Source of the DNA: Octopus sinensis
Lineage: Eukaryota
Length of the DNA: 64,000 bases
Direction: 5' to 3'
Assembly (NCBI RefSeq): GCF_006345805.1
Contig: NC_043009.1
Location: 71,982,001-72,046,000 of the forward strand
Below, piece after piece: positions 61,701-64,000 of the stretch (positions are counted from its first letter, which is position 1; each line of letters opens with the position of its first letter). The translations under genes were made by a program, and so were the position numbers. The notes below the pieces were generated by a model that worked only from the letters and a program-made list of their open reading frames with translations, did no database searches and was not told the DNA's origin.

Positions 61701-62808
61701 AAGGGAGTAAGTCTCTGACAGATTTGTCTTAATGGAAATAGTTCTAGTGAGAAGTGAGAATGGAAAAAAAAAAAAAGGTGTCAAAGTGAAACTTGTTCAA
61801 AACGATTTTCATCAATTTGAGATGCTGGAAGTGATGATAATAATGAAAAAGTGGCCACCTTTGGTGAAATGGATTTCTTGCAGGGATGTGACACACAATC
61901 AAGTATTTTAATAGATTATGATATATTCTGTAAGGGGCAGACAGATTAACGAATTTCATGAAAGCATAGCATGGCTCTTAAGTCCATTATTTGAGGGCAA
62001 TGGGAGTATGTCAGTTTGGCCACCTTTTGGATTGAAATGATCTGAGTAGCTTTTATATTTGGCCAGTGTGTGTACATGATGGGGAGACATGTAGAGTTGT
62101 GTGTGTGTTTGTATGTGTGTGTGTGTGTTTGTATGTGTGTGTGTGCACGTATGTATGTGTGCGTATGCATGTGGGTGTGTGGGTGTATGTGTGCAGTATA
62201 AGCTTGAAAGTAAAACAGGCCGAATGAAGACCAGTGTTTGTGTCTCAAAGAAATATATTTCTCATATGTCTAACACTATGGGAATCAAAGTTGGCAAATG
62301 GCATTCTGGATCCTTAAAATCTGGGAAAGATTCTCTTTCTGAGCAAACTCAGTTAGACAAATGACCAAATCTAACGATAAAACAAAAAATATAAATATTA
62401 AAACAATGAAAAAAAAAGAGTTTCAAAATAAAAAGAAACAAAGAACTGATTTGGATTGGAACAATTTCAGCATTTTATTTCTGCAGAAAGGAAAACATTG
62501 ATTAAAAGAAGACAGTGAAGAGAGGAATTGTCTTCTTAAAAATGCTCCAAGCTATTAAGACAGGCAACAGAATTGGTGAAAAATAGGATAGAAATAACTT
62601 GAAGAGAAGGAGATGGAATAGAATTACAGAAAATAGTAATTTGTTTCTTTTTCTTTTTTTTTTCTTCATTTGTTTCTAATTCTTTAAATTATAGGTTCCA
62701 ACCAATTCTTTCAATGTCACTCAGTCCTGGAGCTCGATTAAGTCTGTTATAACCCTCCTCTGGAATGTACGATTTTGTAGCTATGTTATAAGAACCATTA
62801 TAAGAACC

Positions 62809-62847
<39 letters not shown>

Positions 62848-62932
62848 GTAATAATAATGATGATAATAATTATCATCATCATCATCATCATTATCATTAT
62901 TATTATTATTATCATTATCATTATTATTATTT

Positions 62933-63745
62933 GAGGGAACCTGTGGAAGAGGTAGACCCAGGAAGACCTGGGATGAAGTGGTGAAGCACGACCTTCGAAC
63001 TTTAGGCCTCACCAAGGAAATGACTTGTGACTGAGACTTTTGGAAATATGCTGTGCGTGAGAAGACCCGGCAAGCCAAATGAGACCATAATCTCATGGCC
63101 TATGCCAGGGGCAAAACCAGCCCACTTATACATATATTTTCCTTCTTTGGACACTAAAACTCTGCTTGCGAAGACCTGTTGAGGCAAGTGAAATCAAAAT
63201 CAAATTCGATGACTGGCGTCTGTGCTAGCAGGGTGCAACGAGCACCATACAAGTGTGATCATTGACAGAGCGGCCAACCGGCTTTCATGCCAGTGGCACC
63301 TAAAAGGCACCATTCGAGTGTGATCGTTACCAGCATCGCCTTACTGGCACTTGAGCCCTGTGCTAGTAGGGTGTTAAGAGCACCATCCAAGCGTGATCAT
63401 TGCCAGAGCAGCTATCTGGCCTCCATGCCGGTGGCATGTAAAAGACACCATCTGAGCCTGACCGTTACCAGCATTGCCTTACTGGCACCTGTGCCGTTGG
63501 CATGTGTAAAAGATTCGAGCAAGGTCGTTGCCAGTACCGCCTGACTGGCCCCATGTCGGTGGCACGTAAAAGCACCCACTACATTCTCAGAGTGGTTGGC
63601 GTTAGAAGGGCATCCAGCTGTAGAAACTCTGCTAGATCAAGATTGAAGCCTGGTGCAGCCATCTGGTTCGCCAGCCCTCAGTCAAAATCGTCCAACCCAT
63701 GCTAGCATGGAAAGCAGACATTAAACGAAGACGATGATGATGATT
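62933..63745 (+). mobile_element. RTE 3' end and 3'UTR (same family as 53245-56755), 5'-truncated
   Basis: Begins in ...EGTCGRGRPRKTWDEVV, continues through the GGCACGTAAAAGCACC array, and ends in the family B tail. Confidence 0.9.
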
Positions 63746-64000
63746 ATTATTATTATTATTATCTAACAGATCTGAATCGTCAGGCGACATTGCATGCTTG
63801 AGTCAAGTAAATCAAAATCATATCAAAATCACAAACAAATGGAAATTGAAGTTGTGGCCATCCCAAGTGCTGGTGGCATGTAAAAAGCACCATCTGAACA
63901 TGGCCAATGCCAGTGCTGCCAGACTGGCTCCCGTGCCAGTGGTACATACCAACCACTTTTCCCCTGCCCATACCATTGGCATTTGTGAGGTCACCAAGTA

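Noticed and set aside
62196-62364. Possible plus-strand terminal exon (YKLESKTGRMK...DK*)
   Set aside because: The acceptor lies in a TG microsatellite, and there is no recognisable domain or partner exon.

Overview
This is AT-rich, repeat-dense eukaryotic DNA. It is most likely cephalopod (Octopus-like), inferred from the SINE families and microsatellite load. No multi-exon host gene could be supported; there is only a CpG-retaining, promoter-like zone at ~5.0-7.9 kb with a possible small minus-strand exon. Almost all ORFs in the track are microsatellite artefacts or retroelement fragments. Recognisable elements are: two Penelope-like elements (a 5'-truncated Neptune-type at 15.0-17.0 kb and a near-complete Naiad-type with pLTRs at 32.5-36.0 kb), CR1-group LINEs (43.6-52.0 kb, 59.6-61.2 kb), two RTE families (53.2-56.8 kb, 57.4-58.6 kb), several tRNA-derived SINE families, a Tc1/mariner-type deletion derivative with perfect 60-bp TIRs, fold-back MITEs, and one 100-N gap. 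The most interesting signal is a set of minimal type I hammerhead ribozyme motifs with palindromic stem III, carried by several different repeat families between 31.6 and 40.4 kb. These are a canonical pLTR pair, a G3-C8 core-swap variant, a U6 variant, a palindromic double-hammerhead family, and a tRNA-headed SINE-like element with a hammerhead whose flanking inverted repeat starts exactly at the predicted cleavage site. All structures were paired by eye; none was computed or tested.
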